Shown here: positions 1 through 9,345 of the stretch, in pieces
Layout of the letters: each line of letters opens with the position of its first letter
How positions within the stretch are numbered: position 1 is the stretch's first letter
Origin: Myxococcota bacterium
GTDB lineage: Bacteria > Myxococcota_A > UBA796 > GCA-2862545
Assembly (NCBI GenBank): GCA_039208735.1
Contig: JBCCQY010000018.1
Location: forward strand, 1-64,000
Direction: 5' to 3'
DNA length: 64,000 nucleotides
Program-made: the position numbers and the translations under genes
Notes under the pieces: model-generated
What the model saw: only the letters and a program-made list of their open reading frames with translations
Database searches by the model: none
What the model was told of the DNA's origin: nothing

Positions 1-1
1 C

Positions 2-112
2 GAGCACGTGGTGACCGGTGACTTCGACGGCGACGGTCGTGCAGACCTCGCCTGGAACCAGACCGCCGCCAGCAATCGCGTGTTTGTGGGCTTGGCTTCC
101 GACGCGCTCTAA
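2..112 (+). CDS. 3' end of an FG-GAP/VCBS-repeat protein (runs off the window start)
   Basis: Frame +2 reads EHVVTGDFDGDGRADLAWNQTAASNRVFVGLASDAL*. GDFDGDGRADL is the FG-GAP/VCBS Ca-binding motif. The TAA at 110-112 overlaps the convergent gene's stop. Confidence 0.75.
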   Translation, partial: EHVVTGDFDGDGRADLAWNQTAASNRVFVGLASDAL

Positions 113-3100
113 GGCCCCACCCGCTCGAAGATCTCGGACGCGACCCGGGTCACCTCGTGGTCGGGTCCGAGGACGCGTTGAATCACGGGTAGGTGCTCCT
201 GGAGAAGCTCCCGGGCTTCTGTTACCTCGCCGAGCGCTTCGTACACCTCGGCGAGGATGCCGACCGACCACAGCGTCGACACGTGCTCCGCGCCCAGGCG
301 CTCGGTGCGTAGCTCGAGCAGCCAGCGGGCCCGATCGAGCGCCTCGTGCAAACGCCCGGTCTGGAGATCGAGCTGTGCGCGACTGCCGTGGAAGGCCAGC
401 GTGTCCGGATGCTCAGGACCCATGAGATCCCGACTCACACGGAGCAGATGATCACTGTGGGCGCGTGCCTCGTCGCTTCGACCGTCGCCCAGCAGCGCGG
501 CGACCAGCCGAGCCCGAGTCGACAGGGTAAGCAGCGTATCCGGGCCCATGGTCTCTCCAATGTCGTCGAGCAGCGACAGGATGCCCGCCGGGTCGGCGGC
601 CGGGTCTACGACGAAGAGGTTGCTGCGAGCCAGGAGCGTCCTGAAGTCGCGCTCTCCGAGTTCCGCGCGATAGGTCTCGACGACCCCTCGAGCCAAGGCC
701 ACCGCTGCCTCCGGTTCGCCCATCTTCGACAAGAGGAGGCTCAATGAGTTCTCGGCCCGTCGAGTATGCAGGTGGGAGGGTCCAAGCGAGCCGCGCAGCT
801 CCTCGATGAGCTCGGTGAGGGTTCGGCGGCTTTCGGCAAGCTCCCCGGCTATCTGCTGCGAAGCCCCCAAGCGAAAGCGTGCGGCTCGGGTCGTTGCATG
901 GTTGTCCCCGTGGCATGCTCGCGAGGCCGCTACGAACCGCCTCGCAAGGCCGAGGGTCTCTTGAATCCGACCTCGACGCTCGAGGATGCTGTTGAGGACA
1001 GGGAACACCTCGAGCGTTGCGGGATGCGCCTCGCCGAGCTTCGACGCCCGAACCCTCAAGACGTCCTTGGCAATGACCTCGGCCTCTCCGAATCGTTCGG
1101 CTTTGCAAAGGACCATGCTCGCTCCGAGCCGCAGCGGTCCCCTGCCCTCGTCGCGCCGCAGACCCAGCACCTCGGCGTGAGGTGCAAGAGCGAGTTGCGC
1201 CGCGTCCGGCCTCTCGCCTCGGCCCACGACCAACGCATGGACCAACTCAGCCTCGAGCAGGTCGGCGACGTGTTCGGCGCGCTCGGGAGCGGTCTCGGTC
1301 GCGAGCACGGTTCGGGCCACCACGGGATGGATGGCCAGCGACGCGGGTTGCCCTTCCTCGATGGGGGATTCCATCCGTAGCATCGAACCGCCGACCGCCT
1401 GCTCGATCGCCCGGATACGCGCGCCGGGATCGGTCACGTCCAGTCCCTCAAGCACGGCATCGACGAGCGAACGCGGAATGGGGGTGTTGGGCGCGAGCCG
1501 CGCCATGGCCCGAAGAAGGTCGCGGGTCGCCGGCTCTTGGCGTTCGGCTCCAGCCGCGAACGTGGCGCCGATGGCGCGGGTGTGACCGGTGGGAAGGGCG
1601 CCCGCGAGCTGCTCGGCGAGATCGTCCAGCAACGCGCCGGGGGCTTGTAGGCGCTCATGCACGCCCGCGATGCCCAGGTGGGGCACCAGCGAACCCGCGA
1701 CCGCAACCGCCAACGCGTGGTCCCCGAGGGTGTCGAGCAGCTCCTCGCCCTGCCTCGCGGCGAGGTCGTCCCGAGGCGCATGACCTCGCCAGAGCAGGTG
1801 GCGTGAGGCCGGCCGTTCGAGTTCGCGGAGTTCCACATCGTGGGCCCAGTCGACGCGCCCTCGGGTCGTGACGAGGGTGCGTCCCGTCGGCCACGGACAC
1901 TGCCACGTCTCCGCCAAACCCGCCGCCTCCACGTCATCGACCACCCACAACGCCGGCTTGGATCCCCCAGCCCCGGCGACCGCCTCCCGCAGCCCACGCT
2001 CGTGGGTCTCGATATCAGCTCCCGCAGCGCGAGGAGGCACCGGGTAACCTCGAGCCAGTAGCCAGCTCACGAGCTGGGCTCCGAGAGGCTGCCGACCACT
2101 TAGGAAGTGCACGCCTCCGGGGTAGAACGGTTCGAACCGTCTTGCGTACTCCCGGGCGAGCATCGTCTTGCCTACCCCGCCCATGCCGCGCACCGCCACG
2201 TCGTGCCCTTCCTGCAGGGCATCATGCACCGCCGAGAGCACGGTCCGTCGGCCCACGAATCCGGTCGAAGACACCGGCTCGACCGGGTCTGCAACCGTCG
2301 CGTCGACTGAGGTCTCGGTCGGCGTCGCCTCCGTGGTCTCCCGAAGGGTCAGCCCCCAGCGTGCGTCACGCCCCTGCTGGGCGGGAATTGCCGTCACCAC
2401 GACCTGGGCGAACTGCGCAAGCGACGTCGTGCCGTGGCTGCGGCCCGAGGCGCGGGCGGCATCGCGGACTTCGCGAGCGGCGGGTCGGGTGGCCGGGTCC
2501 CAATGGATCCAGGTCCCGATCGAGGCTGCGACGTCCGAGGGCACGCCCCGCCCCATCATTGCATCCACGACCTGGCCCACTCGCGCGGCGTGATCGGCGG
2601 GATCGGCTCCCGCAGGGCCGAGCGCCGTTCCCGTCAGCGCCTCCACGACCACCGCACCGAGCGCGTAGATGTCACCGGCCGCAGTGTCCTGGTGGCGCAT
2701 CCGCTCGGGCGCCATGTAGGCGTGCGTGCCGACGGGAACTGGCCCGGTGCGCGACTCCCGGCTCTCGAGGCTCGCCCTGGCGATCCCGAAGTCGAGTACC
2801 CGCACCTCTCCCGACGGCGTGAGACGCAGGTTCGCGGGCTTGAGGTCGCGGTGTAGCAACCCCACGGGCTCGGCCGCGTGGAGCGCGGCGGCGACCTCCT
2901 CAACCATCTCGAGCGCAGGCCCGAGCGGCAGCGGACCGTGACGCTTTAGCACCTCGGCCAGGTCCGCACCCGGCACATACTCCATCACCAGGGCCCAGCG
3001 TCCATCGAGGCGGGTCAGGCCCTCGGTGTGCACCACCGCGCGGTGGTGGAGACGACCGAGCACCCGAGCCTCGTCACGGAGGCGCCCCAGCACCGACTCG

Positions 3101-3279
3101 TCGCCCTCGAGATGGGGGTGGAGCATCTTGACCGCCACGGGCTTAACGAAGCCGGCCACCCCACGCGCTTCGGCACGATAGACCACGCCAAAGCTCCCGA
3201 TTCCGAGAACTTCTTGCAAGCGGTAGGTGCGCAGACGGTCGTCCACGAGCAACTCCCGCTCCTGCGTAACGTGGCGCAC
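109..3279 (-). CDS. Ser/Thr kinase - NB-ARC/STAND ATPase - TPR fusion protein
   Basis: Kinase motifs GIGSFGVV, AVK, HRDLKPAN, DFG, APE. Walker A GMGGVGKT and Walker B LWVVDD. C-terminal LGxxHPxTL-type (kinesin-light-chain-like) TPRs. Confidence 0.92.
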   Translation of the reverse strand: MRHVTQERELLVDDRLRTYRLQEVLGIGSFGVVYRAEARGVAGFVKPVAVKMLHPHLEGDESVLGRLRDEARVLGRLHHRAVVHTEGLTRLDGRWALVMEYVPGADLAEVLKRHGPLPLGPALEMVEEVAAALHAAEPVGLLHRDLKPANLRLTPSGEVRVLDFGIARASLESRESRTGPVPVGTHAYMAPERMRHQDTAAGDIYALGAVVVEALTGTALGPAGADPADHAARVGQVVDAMMGRGVPSDVAASIGTWIHWDPATRPAAREVRDAARASGRSHGTTSLAQFAQVVVTAIPAQQGRDARWGLTLRETTEATPTETSVDATVADPVEPVSSTGFVGRRTVLSAVHDALQEGHDVAVRGMGGVGKTMLAREYARRFEPFYPGGVHFLSGRQPLGAQLVSWLLARGYPVPPRAAGADIETHERGLREAVAGAGGSKPALWVVDDVEAAGLAETWQCPWPTGRTLVTTRGRVDWAHDVELRELERPASRHLLWRGHAPRDDLAARQGEELLDTLGDHALAVAVAGSLVPHLGIAGVHERLQAPGALLDDLAEQLAGALPTGHTRAIGATFAAGAERQEPATRDLLRAMARLAPNTPIPRSLVDAVLEGLDVTDPGARIRAIEQAVGGSMLRMESPIEEGQPASLAIHPVVARTVLATETAPERAEHVADLLEAELVHALVVGRGERPDAAQLALAPHAEVLGLRRDEGRGPLRLGASMVLCKAERFGEAEVIAKDVLRVRASKLGEAHPATLEVFPVLNSILERRGRIQETLGLARRFVAASRACHGDNHATTRAARFRLGASQQIAGELAESRRTLTELIEELRGSLGPSHLHTRRAENSLSLLLSKMGEPEAAVALARGVVETYRAELGERDFRTLLARSNLFVVDPAADPAGILSLLDDIGETMGPDTLLTLSTRARLVAALLGDGRSDEARAHSDHLLRVSRDLMGPEHPDTLAFHGSRAQLDLQTGRLHEALDRARWLLELRTERLGAEHVSTLWSVGILAEVYEALGEVTEARELLQEHLPVIQRVLGPDHEVTRVASEIFERVGP

Positions 3280-3282
3280 CGA

Positions 3283-4188
3283 TCACCCGCGTATGATCTC
3301 GACGTTGACGGTTCCGAGCCGCAGCTGTCGGGCCGATGGACGCCGCTGAACGAGTTCGACCGCATCCGTCACTCCAGCCTCCGAGAGCTGGGTCCGTGCT
3401 CGGTGCACGTGGTTGTTGAGCAGCGCGTCACGGACCCGGAGCTGACGCACGAGCACGTCTTGGTACACCCAGCCCTGCGCAGACAACTCCACACCGCTCC
3501 CGTGGTCGTCGAGTCGGGCCCGGGCCAGGGTGAGCAGAAGGTAGTGGTAGGCACGTGACCCGAGGTCCAAGGTGCTCGACCCGTCCACGAGAGCCAGCCT
3601 CACATACTCCTCGTCGTGGCTCACCGTGAAGCGGAGGCAGGTGTCAGCGAGCTGACGGACCTCCCCCGCGCTGGTGCGGGGCAGAACCTCGGGAAGCCGA
3701 AGCGTGCACGACGTGGGGCCGACCTCGATCGTCTGCCCATCGAGCACCGGAACTCGTCCCTGGTCCGATTCCGACACCCACCGCCCCGCGGAGTCCTGGT
3801 ACAGGGTGACCAGAGGCTCCTCGACACTGGGAAGGGCGAGCATCCCGCTGCGGCCCGTCGCTCGCGACCCGTCCGGCCAAACGGCCATGGGTTCGGGCGC
3901 ACCCGCATCGTCGAGAACCCAAGAATCCGAGGGACCCCCACACGACAGGATCGCGCCGGGAGGCAGCACCGCCACCTCACCGACGCCGAGTCGTCGGCCG
4001 CCAACAAACGTGCCGTTTCGCGAACCCAGGTCACGAACCTCCCAGCGTGTGGTCCAAAGGAGCACGGCGTGCTCGCCCGAAACGCGAGGACTGGAGAGCA
4101 GAAGGTCGCACCGCGCAGCCCGACCGACCACGTGACGGGCCATCAGCCGGACCCTTCGTCCCGAAGCCTGGTGGTAGAGCGTTCCCAC
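3283..4188 (-). CDS. FHA domain protein with C-terminal HTH-like domain
   Basis: FHA signature VGR...VSGEHA...DLGSRNGT. C-terminal LLLTLARAR...GW...LNNHVHRARTQL region. Ends 3 nt before the kinase-STAND gene. Confidence 0.88.
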   Translation of the reverse strand: MGTLYHQASGRRVRLMARHVVGRAARCDLLLSSPRVSGEHAVLLWTTRWEVRDLGSRNGTFVGGRRLGVGEVAVLPPGAILSCGGPSDSWVLDDAGAPEPMAVWPDGSRATGRSGMLALPSVEEPLVTLYQDSAGRWVSESDQGRVPVLDGQTIEVGPTSCTLRLPEVLPRTSAGEVRQLADTCLRFTVSHDEEYVRLALVDGSSTLDLGSRAYHYLLLTLARARLDDHGSGVELSAQGWVYQDVLVRQLRVRDALLNNHVHRARTQLSEAGVTDAVELVQRRPSARQLRLGTVNVEIIRG

Positions 4189-4308
4189 GAGATCAACATA
4201 TCGATGCTCGGGCGGGCTCGAACAGCGTCGCGAGCGAAGTCTGATCCAGCCAACGTTGGTGCCCCCCGAATCGACAGCCTGCGAGCGCAGGCCCCTCCAG
4301 CTGAAACA

Positions 4309-4596
4309 TCAATCGCAGCACAGCAGGGGAAGTTCGCTGGCGCAATCCGTCTGTGTCGGGCGGGACTCCGTGTCGGCCCAGCGGCTTCCCTCACGACTCG
4401 CTTCCGTCGTCGTGTATCCGTTGCAGTCTGCGGCAACGCTGCCGTCGAGAGACGGCTGGTAAGTGCCCGAGGCGTACCATCCAGACGGCATCACTGTGCC
4501 CTCTGTGGCGGACATCACGACCTCGGGCGCCAGACAGACATGCGCATCGGCTCCGCACGTCGCGACCGCTGCACACAGGGGGACCGCTCCGCAGGT
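4309..4596 (-). pseudogene. 3' remnant of a Cys-rich extracellular domain gene (DUF1554-like C-terminus)
   Basis: Open frame CAAVATCGADAHVCLAPEV...GWY...DCNGYTT...DCASELPLLCCD*. No signal peptide or credible start; bounded upstream by an in-frame TGA at 4597-4599. Confidence 0.5.
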
Positions 4597-5052
4597 TCAC
4601 TCCGTTTCGAGAGCCCGGACCTCGGCAAGCCGCCGCCTAGCATAGGTATCGTCCCAACACACGGCTGCTTCCCAAGCTGCCTTGGCCTGGGAGGCAACGT
4701 CGAAGGCGATGGGGTCGAGACCGGCGGCGTTGTGGGGCAGGTCCAAATCGAGGACGGAAACGTCCACGTGGGCCTCGTCCCAATCGACGAGCCCGACCCG
4801 GTCACCGTGGATCAGGATGTTGCGGGGATTGGGGTCACCATGCACCACGCTCGTCTCTCGATCCGCCAATCTTGCCCACGCAGCTCGACAACGCCGCACG
4901 CCCTCGTCCGGCATCGCGGTGAGGTCGATCTTCGTACCGGTGTCGGCCCGAAGAAGATCGGTCGACGACCTCCAACCGGGCCTCACTCCGCAAGCCCTCA
5001 TGCTTGACCCCACTCGGTGCCACGAGGGCATCGTAGCGCCTTCGAAGCACAA
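4597..5052 (-). pseudogene. 5'-truncated aminoglycoside-phosphotransferase (APH)-like kinase
   Basis: Brenner-type motif VVHGDPNPRNI and GLVDWDEA. Only about 125 aa (from RPGWRSSTDLL) are recognisable; the ATP-binding N-lobe is absent. Confidence 0.7.
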
Positions 5053-5272
5053 CCCGGCCCCGACGAATGAGTACGAAACCGGGAGGGTTCGCCCACCACA
5101 GGTCGAGCAGGAGACTCAGATTCACAGTCTGCTGGCCGAAACCTCGGTTTCGTCGTCGAACCCGTAAGGCCCAGCGTCGCATCCGTCTGTGCAGCATTCC
5201 AAACGCACGTCGCAACGCACTCCGCGGGCGAGATTGCCGGACATCCGAGAACCAGCGATATACCTGTCAGAA

Positions 5273-6862
5273 ATGCAACCTACCGTCGAAGACCTCATCA
5301 CACGGGTTCGCGAGGCGACGACCGCGGCGGAGCAGGCCCGATGGCTTGAGGCGGCGGCGCGGAAAGCCGACGACAGCTACGGCCTGCGAGCTCTCGTGCG
5401 CACGCTGGTCGAACTGCGTTCCGAAGATCGGGAGACGATCGCAAGAGCAGTGGATCGGCTGGTCCTAGCCGCTGGCGCGAACGCGGACAGTTGGGGGTTG
5501 CGAGAGGCAGCCCAGGTCCGAGCCGGGCTGCTCGCGGACCCTGCCGGAGCGCTTGAGGCGTTGCAGGTCGCCGAGGCCCACATCCATCAGCAACACAGCG
5601 CCACCTGGGGTTGGACCCAGCTCGCGGAAGCCTACGCGGAGCTGGGCGAGACGGACGAGGTGCGGCGCTGCATGGAGGAAGCCCGTGCGGCAGCCACGGA
5701 CCACCACGACACCTACACTCTCGTCACCCAGTGGGCGGCGCTGCTTGGAGACCCCAAAAAGGCCGAAGCGATGCTCGCCGAGGCCGAGTCCGAGCTGCCC
5801 TTGACCGCAAGTGTGGCCTGGTCGCTCGCCAACGCCTGGCGTACGCTCGGTCTACCCGCACGCGCCGATCGATTGCTCGGAGCATGCCTCGATCGGGTCG
5901 AGGACACCCAGAGCGCGCTCACCCTAGTCGCAGCTCGTCAGAGCCACCGCGACCCCCAGGGGATGGCCCAGGCCCTCACCCGCGCGGAAGCACTGGCAGA
6001 CTCGGCCGAGGACTGGTTTCATGTCGCCGAGGCCCTCGCCGATCAAAACGCCCCGAACACCTCCGTTCGCCGTGCCCTAGAGGCCGCGGTGGAAGCTGAA
6101 GGCGCGTCCGATTGGCTCGAGGCCGTCGCCACAGGCTACCGACGCTGGTTGTCGGACGAGGCAGCGGCCGACGCGCTGGGCATCAGAGGCCTCCGCCCAG
6201 GTGCGCTCGGCGATCCATCCGACGGCTTTAGGGGCCTCGAGTGGTCCGCCGAGGGGTTGTTCGACTGGGTGCGCGCCGTAGTACCACCCTCGTCGCTTCA
6301 ACAAATCGCACGAGCTGACTATGGCTCCGATGCCGACAAACACCTGGTAGCCTTGAAGGAGATCTGCCAGAGCGGCCTGCTTCCAAGGACGCTGCCGTGG
6401 CACCCGCGCGAGGTGCTCGCGCTGACCCGGTGGTCTCAAGGGGAGCGCGTCGACCACCACGCTCGTGCGCTATCGACCACGATCCTTTCGCTGTACGTCG
6501 AAGAGACCGAACTCTCGGACACCCTGTCGTACCTCGTGGAGAGCTGCCTGCAGCTCGGGCCTAAGGCGTCAGAGCACGCGGACCGGTTCCTCGTCTGGGC
6601 GTGTGCCTGCACCGCCAACTCAGAATTCGCTGACAACGCCGCAGCCCCGATTGCCCTTGCGCTCCTACGGTTGGTCCGCAATCCGTCGGACCCGCTGCTC
6701 CCCGAGCTGACGTCCGCGCTCTCGCAAGATGTTGTCGACGAGATGCTTCGGTTCTGCACAGCGGCGAAGCACTGGTCAGAACTCGTAGAGGCCTTGGCGG
6801 GCCCTCATCTTCCCCACCACGAGGTCGCGAAGTCGCTTGCAGCCTGGTTCGGCATCGCCTAG
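5273..6862 (+). CDS. Hypothetical alpha-helical repeat protein
   Basis: Long ORF with Ala/Glu/Arg-rich TPR-like repeats, then a distinct C-terminal domain (IARADYG...WHPREVLALTRW). Start placed at ATG 5273. Confidence 0.75.
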   Translation: MQPTVEDLITRVREATTAAEQARWLEAAARKADDSYGLRALVRTLVELRSEDRETIARAVDRLVLAAGANADSWGLREAAQVRAGLLADPAGALEALQVAEAHIHQQHSATWGWTQLAEAYAELGETDEVRRCMEEARAAATDHHDTYTLVTQWAALLGDPKKAEAMLAEAESELPLTASVAWSLANAWRTLGLPARADRLLGACLDRVEDTQSALTLVAARQSHRDPQGMAQALTRAEALADSAEDWFHVAEALADQNAPNTSVRRALEAAVEAEGASDWLEAVATGYRRWLSDEAAADALGIRGLRPGALGDPSDGFRGLEWSAEGLFDWVRAVVPPSSLQQIARADYGSDADKHLVALKEICQSGLLPRTLPWHPREVLALTRWSQGERVDHHARALSTTILSLYVEETELSDTLSYLVESCLQLGPKASEHADRFLVWACACTANSEFADNAAAPIALALLRLVRNPSDPLLPELTSALSQDVVDEMLRFCTAAKHWSELVEALAGPHLPHHEVAKSLAAWFGIA

Positions 6863-6956
6863 CGGCGACCGGAAGTGCGCAGCCATTTTGCACACCCATC
6901 AGGCCCTTGCCAGCCGTCACTGCATTGACTATGCATGAGCCATGTTGACCTGTACC

Positions 6957-7229
6957 CCATGCCTGGCTTTGGAGGGCGCACCGACTGCGGTGCCGTTCAA
7001 GCAGGCATGGTGCGTCTCGCCATAGGCGGGGCCCTCAGGTTTACCGTGCGTCATCTACGCGCCGAATCGCCCTAACTCCACTCTCCTCTGGATGATGAGC
7101 GAGTTGGAACCTGTGCTCCGCCCTGGCTCTGTGTGCAGTTCCAAGCTGCCACAGAACGCCCGGCCCTGGGCCGGCAGGGGCGTGGTGCCATTGCCGGCCT
7201 TGGGCTTCACCCCACGGGACCATTCCCGT
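6957..7229 (+). promoter_or_regulatory. Structured leader upstream of the EF-G paralogue
   Basis: Four successive inverted repeats at about 6957-7010, 7104-7144, 7169-7199 and 7214-7229. The last abuts the GGAGG RBS. Confidence 0.4.
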
Positions 7230-7239
7230 TGGAGGTTTC

Positions 7240-9219
7240 ATGTCCATCGACATTCGCAACATCGGCATTTCGGCTCACGTCGACGCAGGCAAGACCACGC
7301 TCGCCGAGCGCATCTTGTTCTATGCGGGTCGCATTCGCACGATCCGCGACGTCAAGGGCGGCGACGGGGGGGCCCACATGGACCACGATCCGCTTGAAAC
7401 CGATATGGGCATTACGATCGACGCCGCGGCGACCACCGTCCGGTGGCGTGACACCGATGTGCATGTCGTCGACACCCCCGGACACGTGGATTTCACCGTG
7501 GAAGTGGAGCGTGCGCTCCGCGTGCTCGACGGTGCGATTCTCGTGCTCTCGGCCGTCGCAGGGGTGCAGGCCCAGACGCACACGGTGGGACGCCAGATGG
7601 ACCGGTACGACGTTCCCTGCGTCGCCTTCATCAACAAGTGCGACTTGGCCGGAGCCGACCCTGCCTTGGTGGTGGAACAGATGAGGACAGCGCTGGACCT
7701 ACCCGCGGTCCTCGTGCAATGGCCCCTCGGACTCGAGCACGACCATCGAGGAATCATCGACCTGCTCACGGAGGAGTCCGTCACGTTTGAGGGTTCGGAA
7801 AACGAAAGGGTGACTCGGGCGCGGACCGAACTCTCCCCAGGAGCTCGGGCGGCGCGCGAGGCGTTACTCGAAGCGGTCGCGGAGCATGACGAAGACCTGT
7901 TGGAAGCCCTTCTTGACGGCGGTCCTTTGGACCTCGAACGGGTTCGTGCGGTGCTGGCTCATGCGACGCACCTTCGCCAGCTCGTGCCGGTGTTCGTGGG
8001 GGCAGCCCGCCAGAACCTTGGTGTGCAGCCTTTGCTGGATGGGGTGGTGGACTACCTGCCGCGGCCTGAGCAGCGCCGAGTGGTGGCCACCGACCCCGAG
8101 ACCGAAGCCCTTCACGAGGTGCGTGGAGATGTCGATGGGGCCGTACTCGCCTATGCGTTCAAGCTTCAGGAGACCGACTTTGGCTCCCTGACCTGGCTTC
8201 GTGTGTACCGCGGGATTCTACGCCCCGGGGTGGCGCTCGTCGACGTCCGTACGGGTCGTAAGCAACGACCTCGTCGGTTGTCCCGACTCGACGCAGGGGA
8301 GACCTTGCCTGTTGCCGAGGCCCGCCCTGGCGAAATCGTAGCGGTGTCAGGGCTGGACGTGGCGTCGGGCACGACCTTGTCGGACCCTGACCATCGGCTC
8401 GTCATTGGGGAGTTGCACGTGCCCGAACCGGTCGTGCAACGCGCGCTACGACTCGTCGATGGTGGGCCGGATCGACTTGGGCGAGGCCTGTCGAGGATGG
8501 TCCGAGAAGACCCCACGCTGCGGGTGGTGACGAATGGTGAAACAGGTGAGACCGTGCTTCACGGCATGGGCGAACTTCATCTCGAGGTCATCGCCCACCG
8601 TCTGCGCGAGCGGTTCGGAGTCCAGGTGGTCCTGGGTGAACCCTCGGTGGCCGAGCGTCAGGCGCTCACCAAGGCGACCTCGTTCGACTACGTCTTCAAG
8701 CGCCAATCGGGCGGTCCAGGCCTGTACGCGCGTGTCGTAGGCACGGTGGAGCCGGCTACGTCGTTCGAGTTCGACTGGACGGTGGTTGGCGGGGCGATTC
8801 CAACGGAGTTCCGCGCTGCAGTCGCGCGGGGATTCCGAACCGCGCTGGCTGAAGCAGAACCTGAAGTGGTTGGCGCTCATGTCGTGATCACGGACGGCAG
8901 CACCCATCCCAACGACAGCTCGGACCGCGCCTTTGAACTCGCCGCTCGTATGGCATTCCGTGAGGTCCTTGCGAAGGCCGAGCCAAACCGGCTCGAACCT
9001 TGGATGCGAGTGGTTGCGGAAGCGCCCGACGAGTGGCAGGGGGCACTCATTCAGTCCCTGACGAAGCGAAGGGGCCGAGTGCTCGAGGCCGAGCCGGGTC
9101 GCGTTGAGGCGGAAGTGCCACTGTCCCGAATGTTCGGCTACGCAACGGCGCTTCGATCGGCAACCTCGGGCGCGGGAACGTTCTCAATGGTGTTCGATCG
9201 CTTCGATACCGCCGTGTGA
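7240..9219 (+). CDS. fusA: Elongation factor G paralogue (EF-G2 type)
   Basis: RNIGISAHVDAGKTT, GITI, DTPGHVDF, NKCD, GMGELHLE and EVPLSRMFGYATALRSATSG. GGAGG RBS. Located outside a str operon. Confidence 0.93.
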   Translation: MSIDIRNIGISAHVDAGKTTLAERILFYAGRIRTIRDVKGGDGGAHMDHDPLETDMGITIDAAATTVRWRDTDVHVVDTPGHVDFTVEVERALRVLDGAILVLSAVAGVQAQTHTVGRQMDRYDVPCVAFINKCDLAGADPALVVEQMRTALDLPAVLVQWPLGLEHDHRGIIDLLTEESVTFEGSENERVTRARTELSPGARAAREALLEAVAEHDEDLLEALLDGGPLDLERVRAVLAHATHLRQLVPVFVGAARQNLGVQPLLDGVVDYLPRPEQRRVVATDPETEALHEVRGDVDGAVLAYAFKLQETDFGSLTWLRVYRGILRPGVALVDVRTGRKQRPRRLSRLDAGETLPVAEARPGEIVAVSGLDVASGTTLSDPDHRLVIGELHVPEPVVQRALRLVDGGPDRLGRGLSRMVREDPTLRVVTNGETGETVLHGMGELHLEVIAHRLRERFGVQVVLGEPSVAERQALTKATSFDYVFKRQSGGPGLYARVVGTVEPATSFEFDWTVVGGAIPTEFRAAVARGFRTALAEAEPEVVGAHVVITDGSTHPNDSSDRAFELAARMAFREVLAKAEPNRLEPWMRVVAEAPDEWQGALIQSLTKRRGRVLEAEPGRVEAEVPLSRMFGYATALRSATSGAGTFSMVFDRFDTAV

Positions 9220-9222
9220 ATC

Positions 9223-9259
9223 GACGAGGAGGCCCGTCCGAACCGACGGCCTCCTCGTC
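9223..9259. terminator. Hairpin downstream of fusA, probable terminator between convergent genes
   Basis: gacgaggaggc(c)cgtc-cgaacc-gacggcctcctcgtc, a 15-bp stem with one bulge starting 4 nt after the stop. Confidence 0.65.
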
Positions 9260-9345
9260 CATTTCGTGCAGGTCTGTGCGTGTCGGATCGGAGCCGACAC
9301 GAGCGTTGGTGGAGTCAACGCCAAGCCGTACGATGAAGTGACAGC

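Noticed and set aside
4597..4599. Selenocysteine or readthrough TGA joining the APH fragment to the Cys-rich domain
   Set aside because: The TGA falls at the natural end of the APH-like sequence, the two domains belong to different compartments, and no SECIS was recognisable.
3616..5007. 463-aa plus-strand ORF
   Set aside because: Antisense to the FHA gene and the two remnants; Arg/Pro-rich with no motifs.
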